NCBI GenBank assembly: GCA_045597145.1 | Contig: JAZODU010000018.1 | Location: 24,894 to 88,893, forward strand | Direction: 5' to 3' | Length of the DNA: 64,000 bases | From: Eubacteriales bacterium | GTDB taxonomy: Bacteria > Bacillota > Clostridia > Oscillospirales > CAG-272 | In this document: in pieces, positions 54,368 through 64,000 of the stretch | Position numbering within the stretch: position 1 is the first letter of the stretch | Layout of the letters: the number at the start of each line of letters is the position of its first letter | Notes under the pieces: model-generated | Seen by the model: the letters and a program-made list of their open reading frames with translations, nothing else | The model's database searches: none | Told to the model about the DNA's origin: nothing | Program-made: the position numbers and the translations under genes

Positions 54368-55792
54368 TCAGCTGTTTTTCACGTAGTAGCCGCAGGCGAA
54401 GAGCCATTGGTCCTCCTCAAAGGAATCGACCGACACGTCGGGGTTGGTTTCCACCCAACCGTCGCCGTCCATAAAGAGGAGCTGTGAGGTGCTGAACTTT
54501 TGCAAGAAGGTTTTCAGCTCCTCGGTCACGGGCGCACGCCCGTCTATGTTGGAGTATGCGCCGTAGCTTTTGGCTGCCCGATATTGGTCAAGCTCCGCTG
54601 CGGTCAGTCCCACCTGCCACGAGGTATCGTAGCCGACACTCTCAAGCCCCGACCAGCCCTCGATAAAGAGCTTGTAGCACTCGGTGGCTGACACGGTCAG
54701 TGCCTTGTTATCCTGCTCGATGGTTGTAAAGGAGCGGTCGATAAAGCGCGTGGCGGTGGCAATGTCCGCGTAAAGCACGGGGCCGTAGGTGTCGTTTTCC
54801 GCATCATACAAGTGATAGAAGCCGGTTGCGGGATTGAGCTCGAACATCGTTCCGTCGAACATATTGTAGCCACCCATCGGCACCTCGGGATACACGAACC
54901 TGTAGCCGTTCGCCGTAGTCACCGTGCCGTCGTACGGACGCCACGTTTCGGTGGGCAGGATCATCCTGTACTGCGTTTTTTCAAGGCTGAAGCCGCCGTT
55001 GTATTGCAGTGCAAAGGTGATTCGCACGGGGTAGGTCTCGCTTTTCGAGGTTGCCTTGACGCCAAACGCAAAGACCGATCCGATCTGCTCCTTGGCGACC
55101 TGCACGGTAAAGCGCACGTTCTTGGTGTAGATGCCCTCGGCACCGCCATCGTCCTGCGTATACGCAAAGACCTTATACGCCACCGAGCCGTTGTAGATAT
55201 CGAGCTTGGGGTTAACGTCGTTTTCGGTCACGTCCATCCAGGTTTCAATGGAATACGTGCCCGCCTGTCGGGGAACGAACTGATAGTAGACCTTGGCAGT
55301 ACCGCTCTTGATCTCCTCGCTCCGATAAACGCCCATTTGCGACATCTCGATGATATTGGCATACAAATTTTTACCGCTTCCCTTTGTGGGAATGACATCG
55401 TAGATATCGATCACGATATTCCGCGCGTGGTTGGTTGCCGTGTGCACGTTGGGATTGTACGCCAGCTCCTCGGGAAGTCCCGAGAGGGTGACGCGGTAGT
55501 CACCGTCCAGTCCCGTAACGCTTGCCATACCGTTTCCGTTGACGGGTGCGCTGTGAATGCTTGCACCGTCTGTCCATTGCACGCTGACCGTGCTTGTGGG
55601 GATATACAGCTCGCCGTTATAGCGCAGGGTGGCGGTGAACGCCTCGCCCGAGGGAGGCACTACAGGAGGCTTTTGCGTTGTGGTTTCCTCCTCGGTGCCG
55701 CTCGGCGTTGAGGATTGCACCATACAGCCCGTAAGGGTCGCCGCAAGAAGAAGGACGGCAACGAGCATGAACAATATTCTGTTTCGTTTCAT
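54368..55792 (-). CDS. Lipoprotein, unknown function
   Basis: Start ATG 55792 (AAAGGAGAAG RBS). MKRNRILFMLVAVLLLAATLTGC lipobox. Last or penultimate gene of the MoxR cluster. Confidence 0.65.
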   Translation of the reverse strand: MKRNRILFMLVAVLLLAATLTGCMVQSSTPSGTEEETTTQKPPVVPPSGEAFTATLRYNGELYIPTSTVSVQWTDGASIHSAPVNGNGMASVTGLDGDYRVTLSGLPEELAYNPNVHTATNHARNIVIDIYDVIPTKGSGKNLYANIIEMSQMGVYRSEEIKSGTAKVYYQFVPRQAGTYSIETWMDVTENDVNPKLDIYNGSVAYKVFAYTQDDGGAEGIYTKNVRFTVQVAKEQIGSVFAFGVKATSKSETYPVRITFALQYNGGFSLEKTQYRMILPTETWRPYDGTVTTANGYRFVYPEVPMGGYNMFDGTMFELNPATGFYHLYDAENDTYGPVLYADIATATRFIDRSFTTIEQDNKALTVSATECYKLFIEGWSGLESVGYDTSWQVGLTAAELDQYRAAKSYGAYSNIDGRAPVTEELKTFLQKFSTSQLLFMDGDGWVETNPDVSVDSFEEDQWLFACGYYVKNS

Positions 55793-55806
55793 ACGCTTCT
55801 CCTTTC

Positions 55807-58431
55807 TCATGCGCGGCGTTTTTTGAACAAGCTGCGGATATCGTCCCATTTGAGCTTGCGCACGATGATGTCAACGACGTACAAAACAACTGCCGCGATC
55901 AGGAACGGAACGGTGAAGGAAACGGTGTAGGACTCAATGTCACGATCATTGTTTTCCAGCTTCATAGCCCCATTTTCGCTGACCGTTCCGCGGTTGCGGA
56001 CGGCGGTATAGAGCGAGGATGCCTCAAAGGTGGCGAAGCTGTCGTACTCTGCCGCATACGGAATGTGGAAGTGGTTGTCGGACAAATAGAGCCTTTGATC
56101 GTAGGTATACTCGATCTGCATACTGTATCTTCCGACGGTGGGCGTTTCAAAGGTGTAGAAATAGCGAGAGCCGTCAAAGATCATCGTACTTCTCTCGATC
56201 CGTCCGTTCGGAAGCGTCAACACCACGTTCGCCCCCGCCTTGGCACTCAAGGTTGCGGGAACGATGGAAACGGTGGTATATGCACCGCTCGTTTCAAGCG
56301 ACATCGTATAGGGGTCGTCGTTACATTCGTCGGGAGTGTTGACCGTGAGAACATTCTGCAAGAACGTCTCTCCGCTGTTTCCGCTCCAGGAATCCAGCCA
56401 TCCGTTTGCCAAGGAGGAGGTAAAGGTCGTGACCTGACCGTTGCCGTAGTTACGGTAAGCATAGATCGGAACCTCTACGACCGCACCGCTGGTTTTGACG
56501 TAGTCAACCGTAAGCACCGTTGAGGAGCTTGCCTTTGTTTTTGCATACACGTACCCGTAAATATCGGGCAATGCGGCAATTCCGTCCAGCAGCTTGTCGC
56601 GCCCCAGTTGGATCTCCACGGGGGTCTGCCGCTCGATAATGGTTTCGGTGATATCGTCCGCCACGTCCGCAAACAGAACGTCCATGACGTCCTCCTCGCG
56701 GTCTATGCGGTAGTACTTTCCGTGTCCCGCCTCGGCGATCCCTGCCAGAACCGTGGTTCCCGCCTCGGGTCCCGCCGTGTCGATCACAGACACCGTGATT
56801 TCGTTTTGGTAAAGCTGTGCCGCAATATCCGACGTACTGGCAGAACCGAGATGGTTCTTACCGTCGCCGATAAGCATGACCTGCTTGTTGGCATAGCTGT
56901 TCAGGGGCTGCATCGTGCTCAACGCCGCCTCCAGTGCCGCATCCATACGCGTTCCCTGCGTCGGCTCCAAGCCTTGGATCATCTGCACCAGCCGCGCGCG
57001 GTTAGCTGCGGGCGTGGGAGGCTGAACGATGCGGGCATCACCCGAAAAGGCGATGATGGTCACATAATCCTCGTCGCGGATCAGGTTGAGCAGCTGGATC
57101 GCCGCCTGCTTTGCCATAAAGAGCTTGGAGGCGTTTTGCATACTGCGCGAGGTATCGATCACGATGCCGTAAAGCTTGGGATCGTCCTCATTGTTCCCGA
57201 AGGATACGGGAAGCATCGCCTCGAGCTGCTTCAGCACCTCGTCGTCCTTGTTCTGGATCCGCAGATCTCCCAGCGTGATCAGGCTTTTTCCAAAGACCGA
57301 AACCGCCTTGTCAAGAGCGTCCACGAACGCGGTATAGTTATTCAGCTCACGCACGTCTACGTTGGAGAGAATGATCTCGTCATACTGACAAAACTCCTCC
57401 ACGCTGCACGGAACGGTCACCTTATTAATATAGGAGGTGATGCTTGCACGCTCGCCGTAAAGGCGTTCGACCTGCGCCAGATCCTCCGCCAGCGAGGAGA
57501 TCAGCAGCACATTCAATTTGCCTGCGATTTGCTGGGTAAAGGTATATGCGTTGTTGTAAGAGGACTCATCGTCCGAGGCGTTCACGGTTTCAACGCGCAC
57601 CTCGTACTGATAGGTCACGTCGGGCGTTGCGGTCTCCAGATCGAAATTGATCACGTTATAGCCGCGATCCAGATTCACCGCACGCCTTGCAACCTCCTCT
57701 GCGTCACGGTAGAGGTAAACGGTTGCCTGCGTTTCTCTGTTGGACTGGATCAGAACGTCTGCGGTCGTTTCCTGATTCTGATACGCCGTAGCGGTAACGT
57801 CCACGCCCGAGATCTGCACCTCACGGGCAGTGGCGGGAATATTGTTGTTCAGATAGATCGCGTCCAGATAAATATCCTTGGAATAGAGCATATCGATCGT
57901 AGAGATCAGCTCTCCCGTTTCGTGCCCCGCGTTCTGCTTGCCGTCGGTGATCAGCACCACGCGCTTGACGGTATTGCCTCCGAACAACGACGAAGCGTAT
58001 TCCAACGCCCCCGCGATATCGGTTCCGCTCTCATCAACGCGCGCTTTTTTCACGCTCTGCATCTCGCCGCCAAGAGGCGTGAGCAGAGTCGTATTTTTGC
58101 CGAAGCAGATCACTCCGACCTTGGTATTTGCGGGAAGATCCGCGCAAACATCCTCAATGTACTCGTCGATCTTATCCAGATTGCGATGTGAGGAATAGGA
58201 CACGTCCGCCACGATGTAGACCTCGGTCTGCGTGACGACGGTCGTGACCATCATGCCCGCCAGCGACAGCGTGACGAGAACAACGATGAGTAAATGTAAA
58301 ACGAGTGACGTAATGACGCTTCTGCTGCGATTGTCACGCCTGATCGCCACGAAATACGGGATCAGAATCAGGCACAGCAGCGGAATGGCGATCAAAAGCA
58401 GCCACGCATTATCGAAGCTGATACTTTTCAT
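55807..58431 (-). CDS. Membrane protein with BatA-like N-terminus and two VWA domains
   Basis: Start ATG 58431 (MKSISFDNAWLLLIAIPLLCLIL). MIDAS-type D-x-S-x-S motifs (ADVSYS, IDTSRS). C-terminal TM segment. Confidence 0.75.
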   Translation of the reverse strand: MKSISFDNAWLLLIAIPLLCLILIPYFVAIRRDNRSRSVITSLVLHLLIVVLVTLSLAGMMVTTVVTQTEVYIVADVSYSSHRNLDKIDEYIEDVCADLPANTKVGVICFGKNTTLLTPLGGEMQSVKKARVDESGTDIAGALEYASSLFGGNTVKRVVLITDGKQNAGHETGELISTIDMLYSKDIYLDAIYLNNNIPATAREVQISGVDVTATAYQNQETTADVLIQSNRETQATVYLYRDAEEVARRAVNLDRGYNVINFDLETATPDVTYQYEVRVETVNASDDESSYNNAYTFTQQIAGKLNVLLISSLAEDLAQVERLYGERASITSYINKVTVPCSVEEFCQYDEIILSNVDVRELNNYTAFVDALDKAVSVFGKSLITLGDLRIQNKDDEVLKQLEAMLPVSFGNNEDDPKLYGIVIDTSRSMQNASKLFMAKQAAIQLLNLIRDEDYVTIIAFSGDARIVQPPTPAANRARLVQMIQGLEPTQGTRMDAALEAALSTMQPLNSYANKQVMLIGDGKNHLGSASTSDIAAQLYQNEITVSVIDTAGPEAGTTVLAGIAEAGHGKYYRIDREEDVMDVLFADVADDITETIIERQTPVEIQLGRDKLLDGIAALPDIYGYVYAKTKASSSTVLTVDYVKTSGAVVEVPIYAYRNYGNGQVTTFTSSLANGWLDSWSGNSGETFLQNVLTVNTPDECNDDPYTMSLETSGAYTTVSIVPATLSAKAGANVVLTLPNGRIERSTMIFDGSRYFYTFETPTVGRYSMQIEYTYDQRLYLSDNHFHIPYAAEYDSFATFEASSLYTAVRNRGTVSENGAMKLENNDRDIESYTVSFTVPFLIAAVVLYVVDIIVRKLKWDDIRSLFKKRRA

Positions 58432-60289
58432 AGCAATACACCATCCAATCTGCAACGACGAACACAGCCAAGCAAATAAATACAATCATCAAAACGTCAT
58501 AAATGCCGTCACGGTAATTTTTTTCGGGAGTACCCGAGATCGCGAAGGAATCCCTCTTGGGGCTCGGCTCTCTCTCCGACTCGGAAAGCGAGGTATAAAC
58601 GGAATAGACACGCTCGGAGCCGCCCACCATCAGCGTAATGCGCCAGATGCCGACCTCGTTAAGGTTCACCGTTCCCGCAGCGCTCGCGGTATCCAGATAG
58701 TAGACCTCGCCCGCGGGGCTGTCCACGCGAATGCTCTCGCAGCCCGGAATGACGTTGACCGTCATTTCCTCGCCGCACGCGTAATTGACGCTGTCAAGCA
58801 CGGTCGGGAAGGAATACTCCAGCAAATTCTTCATAAACGGAAGGAAGTCCGGCAGAACCGCAATATTGGACTTGTGCAGATCGAACGCCAGAACCACCTC
58901 GCGGTTACCGTAATCGTTCGTGCCCGCAAAAACCACGGGAGTTGCGCGATAAGACATCACGGTTGTAAAATTGCGATTCAAGCCGCACTTGAGATACGCC
59001 GAAACGTACACGTCGTTCAGCTCCAGATTGGCGGTCAGCTTCTCTGCCAGCGTGGACGAGGAGTTCGAAACCTCCAGCACGCCGCCCTCCTCCAGCGTGA
59101 TTTCGCTTTGCACGCTGAATCCTGCGCCCGAGAGCTCGCCCGTCGGATTGATGATCATAACGGAACCGTCGCGCGGCATCTGTGCGGGAGAAAAGGAATC
59201 GAAGATATACAAGCCGTATCCGTCGGCATCGGTATACTGATCGGGATTTACCACGTCGACGTGCGTGTAGTTCCACGCGCGCAACGCCTGCTCGATCATA
59301 TACGGATCTGCGCTCACGAGAAGAATGCTGTACGCGCTCTCGTTGCGCGTGTTAAAGATCATGTACTCGTTGTCAAGCGTCAGCGAATCGGACTTCCCTA
59401 CGGTCAGCTTCAGGGAGGAAAAGTCGTTGATGCCAAGGCAATCGGTTCCCTCGGCGTTCAGCTTTCCGCTATACGTCATGGAAAAAGCGGTGCTGTTTCC
59501 TGCGCTTGCGAACACCTCAACGACAGCATCGGGATCCTTTGCGCCGTCCACGTAAAGCTGTACGGTCAGCTCCGCGTCACCCGCGTAGGACACCACAGCC
59601 CCCGTCAGCGTCAGCGTGCCTCCCGACAAGTCGTAGCTCACGTCGGTCAGCGCATAGTTCTCCGCACTCTTTCCGACACGGATCAATTCCGCGTTTTTCA
59701 AGGACGTGTATGCGGTATCGGTGACAAGATAGAGCTTTGCGGAGGGATTTTTATTGAAATACGCCTGCGCTTTACCAAGCGCCTCGGTCATATCCGCCTC
59801 GGTATGTGTCGGCTTTGCTTCATTGAGCAACAGCAGTGCCTGCTCCCGATCCTCCAGATTTTCAAACACCACGTCAACGCCGTCTCCCACGCAAAGCAAG
59901 GTATAGGAGCTGCCGTTGGCAGATTCGTCGATCACCTTGGCGATCTCGTCCTTGCCAAGCTCAAAGCGCGTTTTTCCGTCCTGCACCATGCTCATACTGC
60001 CCGATGCGTCAAGCACGAAGCAATAGTCACGTGCGCCGCCCTCGATGACGAACACGGGGTGCGCGATCGCCAGCGATATTGTGGCAACCGCCAGAATCTG
60101 CAGCAGCAGTGCGATCAAGCCCGCCAAGGGGCTGACACGCTTTTTTCTTTTAAGGAATTTTTCACTCAGCGTCCACAAATACGTAGACGGTACGGTCTGC
60201 TCGGTATACTTGCTCTTGATGATGTAAACGATGATCAGGATCGGAATGCCGATCAAACCCAACAGCCCTAAAGGATACAGAAATCTCAT
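58409..60289 (-). CDS. BatA-like VWA-domain membrane protein
   Basis: MRFLYPLGLLGLIGIPILIIVYIIK (aerotolerance-regulator N-terminal type). VLDASGSM MIDAS. C-terminal TM. ATGA overlap with the DUF58 gene. Confidence 0.8.
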   Translation of the reverse strand: MRFLYPLGLLGLIGIPILIIVYIIKSKYTEQTVPSTYLWTLSEKFLKRKKRVSPLAGLIALLLQILAVATISLAIAHPVFVIEGGARDYCFVLDASGSMSMVQDGKTRFELGKDEIAKVIDESANGSSYTLLCVGDGVDVVFENLEDREQALLLLNEAKPTHTEADMTEALGKAQAYFNKNPSAKLYLVTDTAYTSLKNAELIRVGKSAENYALTDVSYDLSGGTLTLTGAVVSYAGDAELTVQLYVDGAKDPDAVVEVFASAGNSTAFSMTYSGKLNAEGTDCLGINDFSSLKLTVGKSDSLTLDNEYMIFNTRNESAYSILLVSADPYMIEQALRAWNYTHVDVVNPDQYTDADGYGLYIFDSFSPAQMPRDGSVMIINPTGELSGAGFSVQSEITLEEGGVLEVSNSSSTLAEKLTANLELNDVYVSAYLKCGLNRNFTTVMSYRATPVVFAGTNDYGNREVVLAFDLHKSNIAVLPDFLPFMKNLLEYSFPTVLDSVNYACGEEMTVNVIPGCESIRVDSPAGEVYYLDTASAAGTVNLNEVGIWRITLMVGGSERVYSVYTSLSESEREPSPKRDSFAISGTPEKNYRDGIYDVLMIVFICLAVFVVADWMVYCYEKYQLR

Positions 60290-61170
60290 TTCAATACCCC
60301 CATATCAACCAATTTGCCAAAGAAAACGTCCACGATATCCTCGTCGTCCGCTACCAGCATATACTCCGCGCCGCGTGCGTTACAGTACCCGCGCAGACGC
60401 TCGGTGGCATATTTCAGTGCCTCCTTGTAGGCACGCGCGATCTCGCGGTCGATATTCTTGCGATAGGTCTTTTCCACGTCCTCCGAGTCGAAGAAATGCA
60501 TTTTTCCGCGGCTCTGGGGATTGATCTCCTCGCGCGAGAGGATCTGCACGCAAAGCAGATCGCGCTTTTTTTCGGTGAAATAGTGAATGGCGTCCTCGTA
60601 GTCACGATCGGTCAGAAAATCCGAGATCAGCACGGTCAAGCCGTCGCCGCGCCCGATATTCGCAGGCATGATCGCGTCGCTGATCATGCTTTCGCCGCCA
60701 AACGTAATATCGTTCAGCTTTCCGACCTCGCTCAGATACGCATCTCTGCCCACCATGCCGCCGATGACCTCCTCGATCTCGGTTCCGCGGATCACGTAGA
60801 CCGACACCTTGTCCATTTCATTCAGCGACAGATACGCAAAGGTCGCCGCCATGCGGATCGCCTGCTCCGCCTTACGGGTCTTTCCGTATTCCATCGAGCG
60901 GCTGGCATCGATGTAGATCCTCGTATGCATCTGCCGCTCGTCCAGATACAGCTTCTGATACAGCTTGTCTGTGCGCGCAAATACGTTCCAGTCGATCTTC
61001 GTGATGTCGTCGCCGGGAATATAATCACGGTGGTCTGCGAATTCGCAGGAGGAGCCGTAAATCTTACTTTTACGGTTTCCGCCGAACAATCCGCCGACGT
61101 TGTTTTTCAGGAGTGATTGCAGCGTTTCGATCTGCTGCAAAAGCTCCTCGTTGATCACATATCTGCTCAT
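60286..61170 (-). CDS. DUF58-domain protein
   Basis: HRDYIPGDDITKIDWNVFARTDKLYQKLY is the DUF58 signature. The position after MoxR is canonical. Confidence 0.85.
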   Translation of the reverse strand: MSRYVINEELLQQIETLQSLLKNNVGGLFGGNRKSKIYGSSCEFADHRDYIPGDDITKIDWNVFARTDKLYQKLYLDERQMHTRIYIDASRSMEYGKTRKAEQAIRMAATFAYLSLNEMDKVSVYVIRGTEIEEVIGGMVGRDAYLSEVGKLNDITFGGESMISDAIMPANIGRGDGLTVLISDFLTDRDYEDAIHYFTEKKRDLLCVQILSREEINPQSRGKMHFFDSEDVEKTYRKNIDREIARAYKEALKYATERLRGYCNARGAEYMLVADDEDIVDVFFGKLVDMGVLK

Positions 61171-61180
61171 GTCGGTCTGA

Positions 61181-62161
61181 TTACTTTTTGGTTTCCTTAA
61201 TCAGCATTGCGATCACGTCGTCAGCGCGCAGACGCTCGTTGACGGCGTTGTAGTTGATCTTGATACGGTGGCGCAAAACGGGAGTCGCCAGCGCGTTGAT
61301 GTCCTCATAGGACACGTTGTAGTTGCCGTTGATCAGTGCACGCACCTTTGCGGCGGTGATCAATGCCTGCGCCGCACGGGGAGATGCACCGTTTTTGATG
61401 TACTTCTTGGCGATATCGCTCGCCTTTTCGATCTCGGGATGCGTTCCCGAAACGAGGCGGATCGCATAGCGCACCACGTCGTCGATCACGGGAACCTGTG
61501 CTGCCAGCGCGCGCATTTCAAGGATCTGTGCACCGTCGATCACGGCAGTCGCGCTCTCGTCCATGGTGATCTGCGTCATTTTAACGATATCGAACAGCTC
61601 GTCGTCGTTCGGGAAATCCATGATCAGCTTGAACATGAAGCGGTCCATCTGTGCCTCGGGCAGAGGATAGGTACCGTCCTGCTCAATGGGGTTCTCGGTT
61701 GCAAGCACGAAGAAGGGCTCGTCGAGCTTATAGGTTTCGTTTGCCACCGTGATCTTATGCTCCTGCATAACCTCCAGCATCGCAGACTGCGTTTTGGGGG
61801 TTGCGCGGTTGATCTCGTCTGCCAGCACTAGGCTTGCAAAGATCGGGCCCTTGCGGAACACCGTGTTCATTTTGCCGTTTTCGTCCTTTTCGATCACGTT
61901 CGTACCCGTGACGTCCGAGGGCATCAGGTCGGGGGTGAACTGAATACGGGAGAACGGCAGGCTCAGGGTCTTGCCAAGGGAGCGTACCAAGCGCGTTTTA
62001 CCAACGCCGGGAACACCCTCGAGAAGCACGTTTCCACCCGCGATAACAGCGATCAGAACGCAATCGACGACCTCTTCCTTACCAACGATATCCTTTTTCA
62101 GCTCGCGTCTGATAATAGCGATGGAATCACTGAACTGTTTGACTTTTGCTGCATTTTCCAT
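61181..62161 (-). CDS. MoxR-family AAA+ ATPase
   Basis: Preferred start ATG 62161 (MENAAK). Walker A LLEGVPGVGKT, Walker B LADEINRA, and ...ATENPIEQDGTYPLPEAQMDRF. Confidence 0.9.
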   Translation of the reverse strand: MENAAKVKQFSDSIAIIRRELKKDIVGKEEVVDCVLIAVIAGGNVLLEGVPGVGKTRLVRSLGKTLSLPFSRIQFTPDLMPSDVTGTNVIEKDENGKMNTVFRKGPIFASLVLADEINRATPKTQSAMLEVMQEHKITVANETYKLDEPFFVLATENPIEQDGTYPLPEAQMDRFMFKLIMDFPNDDELFDIVKMTQITMDESATAVIDGAQILEMRALAAQVPVIDDVVRYAIRLVSGTHPEIEKASDIAKKYIKNGASPRAAQALITAAKVRALINGNYNVSYEDINALATPVLRHRIKINYNAVNERLRADDVIAMLIKETKK

Positions 62162-62185
62162 TTGGATCATTCCTCTTTCTTTCCG

Positions 62186-63877
62186 TCAGTTACCGCTCGG
62201 ATATTTCGTGCCGTAAAGTGCCTCGAAATACTTGATGATAACCTCTTTCATTTCTTCACTGTAGTCGTCGCCCTGAAGCTGTTCCTGTACCTTTGCGTAA
62301 AATTCGTTGATCTTATCGCCGTATTCGATATGCGTATTGTCATCGGGGTAATAGATCATATCCTTACTTCCGTAAAGCGTGTCACCCGTACCGGGAGCAC
62401 CATGCTGACCCTCCTGCTCGGGCTTCTGCTGCGGAATATCCTCAACGCCGCCCGGAACACCCGTTTGGGGGATCTCGGAGGCGGAGATACCGAAGATTTC
62501 CATCAAGCGGTTGCGCACCGTTAAAGCCGTAGCGCTGTTCGCATACTGCACGTCCAACGCCTCGGACGAGGAAAGATAAAACGCCGAAAAGGCATCTCCC
62601 ATTTCGTCCTGACAGCTTGCGGGCGGCTCGGCGGCGATCGCCTCGATCGCGTCTGCCAGCCCTACCAGAGAGGCGCGCAGTGCATCGCTCTCGCTCACAC
62701 CCGCGTTGGTAATTGCCTGACGCACGCCCGTAGCAAACTTCGTTGCGCTTTCCGCATCCGAAAGAGCGGCGCAGATCTCATCCAACCGCGTGCGGTATGC
62801 GGGGTTATCCGGCACGCTGATCGCCTCGCCAAGCGTTACGACCTCCCCGCAGGTACTGATCTCCATCAGCCGACTGATGTTGTCATAGGAATTGGCATTG
62901 CCCGCGATCTCGTCCGCGCGAACGATCACGGCAATAACCTTCGTTTTCATTTGTGCGACCGTTGTGGTCGTGCGCAGGGCGGTCAAGAGATTTTCAAGCT
63001 CTGCCACCATCGCGTTTTTGGGTGCTTCCTCCATATCGGACGCGCGCACCTCTGCGATCAGATTTTCCATCGCGGTGATCTGCCATTCGCTAAGGCTGAA
63101 GGGCGGCTCGACGGAACCTGTCGGTTCATCCTGCGGCACCGCATCCCCCGCTGTCACGGGGATCAGAGCAGATCCGCTCAACAGCGCCACGCAAAGCGCC
63201 AACGCACACAGGCAGACCCACACGCTGTGATGGCGCAGGCCGTTCGGCCCGATCGCCTGCAAGCGGCTGTCGGTATCCGTGCGCTGCAAGGACACCATTG
63301 CCTCCCGCGAATTGCGGAACGCAAGCATGGTCTGTACCTTTTCGTCCATACCGAAGGTCGCGTCCAGCGTTTTTGCCACGTGTCGCTCGCTCGGACGAAG
63401 GATCAGAAGCATCACGGTGGCTGCAAGCAACGCCGCCACGATCGGCAAAGCGATGTAATACGTCAGCGGCACCGTCACGTCGGCGAAGCGTCCCAGCGCC
63501 ACGAACACGGTCAGCGCCAAAAGCCCTGCAGCAAGTGCCACCGTCACGGTTCTGACGAGCGTTGCCAGATAAATTTTGCGTTTGAAGATTTCAAAGCCCT
63601 GCGGCATGGGGGCGTTGACCACGCGCTCGCGCACGGGCATCGGCTCTCTTCTTTGCTCCACGAAAAGTCTGGCGCATACGGCAAGGGAAACGGCAAAGAG
63701 AAGGAAAGCCGCCACCACGGCCGCGATCATACCCGCTAAAACGCGGTTACCGATCACGCCTGCTACGCTCAGAATCACGGGAACGGCAAGGCAAAGAACC
63801 GCGACGCCGCAAGCGATCGCATAAATGCGGATCAGCAAACGGCACCATGCCTCCCAGCTCATTTTTCGCTTTTGCAC
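62186..63877 (-). CDS. Polytopic membrane protein, first gene of the MoxR cluster, unknown function
   Basis: The track start 63898 is TTG. GTG 63877 lies 6 nt after AAAGGAGGG and is preferred; ATG 63862 is the alternative. Several N-terminal TM helices, then a ~330-aa soluble Ala/Glu-rich region. Confidence 0.55.
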   Translation of the reverse strand: MQKRKMSWEAWCRLLIRIYAIACGVAVLCLAVPVILSVAGVIGNRVLAGMIAAVVAAFLLFAVSLAVCARLFVEQRREPMPVRERVVNAPMPQGFEIFKRKIYLATLVRTVTVALAAGLLALTVFVALGRFADVTVPLTYYIALPIVAALLAATVMLLILRPSERHVAKTLDATFGMDEKVQTMLAFRNSREAMVSLQRTDTDSRLQAIGPNGLRHHSVWVCLCALALCVALLSGSALIPVTAGDAVPQDEPTGSVEPPFSLSEWQITAMENLIAEVRASDMEEAPKNAMVAELENLLTALRTTTTVAQMKTKVIAVIVRADEIAGNANSYDNISRLMEISTCGEVVTLGEAISVPDNPAYRTRLDEICAALSDAESATKFATGVRQAITNAGVSESDALRASLVGLADAIEAIAAEPPASCQDEMGDAFSAFYLSSSEALDVQYANSATALTVRNRLMEIFGISASEIPQTGVPGGVEDIPQQKPEQEGQHGAPGTGDTLYGSKDMIYYPDDNTHIEYGDKINEFYAKVQEQLQGDDYSEEMKEVIIKYFEALYGTKYPSGN

Positions 63878-64000
63878 GTCATTCCCTCCTTTTCTCAAGC
63901 ATTCGGATTTTTATTTCTGACATGGGTACTCCTTTATGCAGAATACACCGACGGCAACTGAAAAAATCATATACAAGCGGTCACGTCCGACTGTGAAATT

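Overview
This 64 kb window looks like a chromosomal segment of a high-GC, spore-forming Firmicute. The Clostridia/Oscillospiraceae-like assignment is my inference from sigG, gene content and Firmicute-type promoters and terminators; I could not run a search. Most of the window is ordinary housekeeping: ppdK, pth, mfd, a TPP riboswitch with thiT, RNase P RNA, murA, sigG, one tRNA, kdgK-eda, polA, a nuclease-helicase, alaS, and a MoxR-DUF58-VWA (Bat-like) operon. Most long ORFs in the supplied track are antisense shadows of real genes. The track also prints M for TTG/GTG starts, and it misses a partial lipoprotein gene at the left edge (1..2535, minus strand).

The best candidate for something undescribed is a sharply AT-rich cassette of about 1.95 kb (28650-30625). 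It sits between the terminators of two convergent host genes. It encodes an Xre-type repressor, a 16-bp perfect palindromic operator candidate, and a divergent two-gene operon of unassignable membrane and coiled-coil proteins. I cannot name a family for it, and I saw no integrase or transposase anywhere in the window.

Other items worth a second look:
- A triplet of small paralogous lipoprotein genes with duplicated promoters and mosaic conservation.
- A glycyl-radical enzyme with no activase in the window, flanked by one intact AraC gene and one AraC remnant.
- A tRNA followed by two decayed copies of its 3' end.
- A family of G-rich palindromic hairpins with CTTTTT/AAAAAG cores, in terminator positions.
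- A repeated His/Cys motif in a large surface lipoprotein.
- At least five gene remnants: two AraC, one DUF5107-like, one galT and one tRNA-like.

All family assignments come from motif recognition by eye, not from database searches.
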